DNA of 63,473 bases, filler included, from Hyphochytrium catenoides (lineage: Eukaryota; Protista; Hyphochytriomycota): the NCBI GenBank assembly GCA_900088475.1. It is 9 parts of 9 records of this genome, joined end to end, with 100 filler letters (N's around TTAATTAATTAA, not from the genome) between each part and the next. Parts side by side here need not be neighbours in the genome. Positions count along the whole stretch, not along the records: positions 57,152 to 63,473 come from FLMG01000177.1; 8 more parts are not named here. One strand, 5' to 3'. This document shows positions 62,891 to 63,473 of the stretch, one piece after another. The translations under genes and the position numbers were made by a program. The notes beneath the pieces are model-generated. The model was not told the DNA's origin. It searched no databases and worked only from the letters and a program-made list of their open reading frames with translations. Within the stretch, counting starts at the first letter, position 1. The number at the start of each line of letters is the position of its first letter.

Positions 62891-63473
62891 TAAATGAAGC
62901 TGGGAGGAATGGGCTTGCAACTGGAGAGATAAGCGTCATTTCCTTTCGTCCCAACTCCCAAGTAGACAGCCCAAGCATTCGGGTTAGAAGGCTGGGATAG
63001 TTACCGAGAGTGCTGACCGTGCAGAACATGAAAAAAGTGATATTATGTTCACTTTGTGAGAGAAAGCTAGGAATACTTTTCCCCACTTGCTGGCTGGCGC
63101 CTGGGTGCAGTCCATTAGGACTGTGCTCCGCACTCACCCTCTGGCAGTATATTTAGGGATTAGTGAGCCTACCAATGCCAGAGGCGTACAACGGGCACGA
63201 GAGTAGCTGCATCAGAATATCTACAACGATGCCAATGTAATAAAATGTTAGGGGTAAAGATCCAACTCTATCCTGTAAAAAGCCATAGATATTTGATGCA
63301 ACCCTAACCTGTTTTCAATCCAACTTCAGCAGGGGTAGAAGAACTCTTGACTCCTGTGTCCCCTCTCTGCGCTACAGTGCGCAGACTCCCTTACGATCAG
63401 CCCAAGTGAGAAAGATTCCTTCGCCCTGCTTGGCATATCTAGCACTTGCTATGGTTGTCCCAAAGAGCCAAAA

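Overview
Eukaryotic (protist/alga-like; a stramenopile affinity is only a guess) genomic DNA. It is nine contigs joined by eight artificial 100-bp spacers (N44-TTAATTAATTAA-N44), so adjacency across spacers is not biological evidence. Two gene architectures coexist. Compact genes with 0-1 introns encode a ZIP metal transporter, a DxD glycosyltransferase-like protein, a PPR protein, a GGCT/GliK-like cyclotransferase and a GNAT. Multi-exon genes have pyrimidine-rich introns, mostly (CT)n microsatellite on the sense strand: spermidine synthase (CT-rich but not microsatellite-filled), a DASH/Dam1 subunit Dad4-like gene, a kinesin, an N-myristoylated Ras-like GTPase/TPR-like protein and a cystathionine gamma-synthase/lyase. 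I reconstructed these by hand from GT-AG junctions; most ORF-track entries there are microsatellite noise. One contig is an uninterrupted Ty3/gypsy pol. Intergenic DNA holds decayed gene and transposon relics with many TAG/TAA stops. The most striking items are a recently amplified 216-bp tandem PPR array with alternating 36-aa motifs, where only one motif type carries canonical RNA-code residues; a Dad4 kinetochore gene hidden in four tiny exons; an atypical myristoylated GTPase fusion; and a possible CpA->TpA (RIP-like or CHG-deamination) decay signature. No rRNA, convincing tRNA or CRISPR was found.
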